This document shows, in pieces, positions 43,643 through 43,812 of a DNA stretch of 43,812 nucleotides. Every line of letters starts with the position of its first letter. Positions within the stretch are counted from its first letter, which is position 1. The position numbers were made by a program, and so were the translations under genes. The notes under the pieces were generated by a model. The model did not search any database and was not told where the DNA came from. It saw only the letters and a list, made by a program, of their open reading frames with translations. Source of the stretch: Macrostomum lignano. Taxonomy: Eukaryota. The stretch spans positions 1 to 43,812 of the forward strand of contig NIVC01000878.1 of the NCBI GenBank assembly GCA_002269645.1, written 5' to 3'.

Positions 43643-43812
43643 TCCCCAATCGTCCCGCAGCGACACATTCGGCGAAGAAGTCACCCAGCTGTGGACTTTG
43701 AGACAAGCGTTGAGCAGTACGGCGCCTTCGGCGGCACCGCCCTGGAGTCCGTTCGCCAGCAGGTGGCTGCCTTCAGGCGGTGGCGGGGACGAGCAGAATG
43801 ACGAACGAGATG

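Larger units (their letters stand above)
38142..43801 (+). pseudogene. ASL: Argininosuccinate lyase paralog, 5'-truncated pseudogene
   Basis: Homology starts only 14 nt before the exon-2 donor (38156). Exons are 38501-38807, 39593-40173 (20-nt deletion at 39986) and 43661-43801 (further indels). The last intron is interrupted by a BEL element. Confidence 0.9.

Overview
Repeat-rich animal genomic DNA. The GC-rich exons, satellite-filled introns and WSC plus PAN/Apple genes resemble a free-living flatworm such as Macrostomum; this is inference only. The centrepiece is a complete 17,009-bp Maverick/Polinton (11894-28902) with AGTAGT...ACTACT termini, long composite TIRs and a 6-bp TSD (TCTGTT). 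It sits in the intron of a two-exon WSC-PAN gene, and an inverted paralog of that gene (33760-34589) preserves the empty site. The element has the core genes: pPolB, integrase with chromodomain, packaging ATPase, adenain-like protease, and major and minor capsid proteins. It also carries a full two-repeat TATA-binding-protein (TBP) homologue and a PC4/Sub1-like protein, which together look like an element-encoded basal transcription module. Its pPolB appears to be spliced, possibly into a ~1726-aa product including ORF1, and its capsid ORF is fused in frame to an upstream basic protein. Flanking the locus are a five-exon argininosuccinate lyase gene (1933-6136), a 5'-truncated ASL pseudogene interrupted by a half BEL/Pao retrotransposon, a full-length tRNA-derived SINE with TSD, a decayed LINE RT and many satellites. 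All domain calls come from motif recognition by eye; no searches were run.
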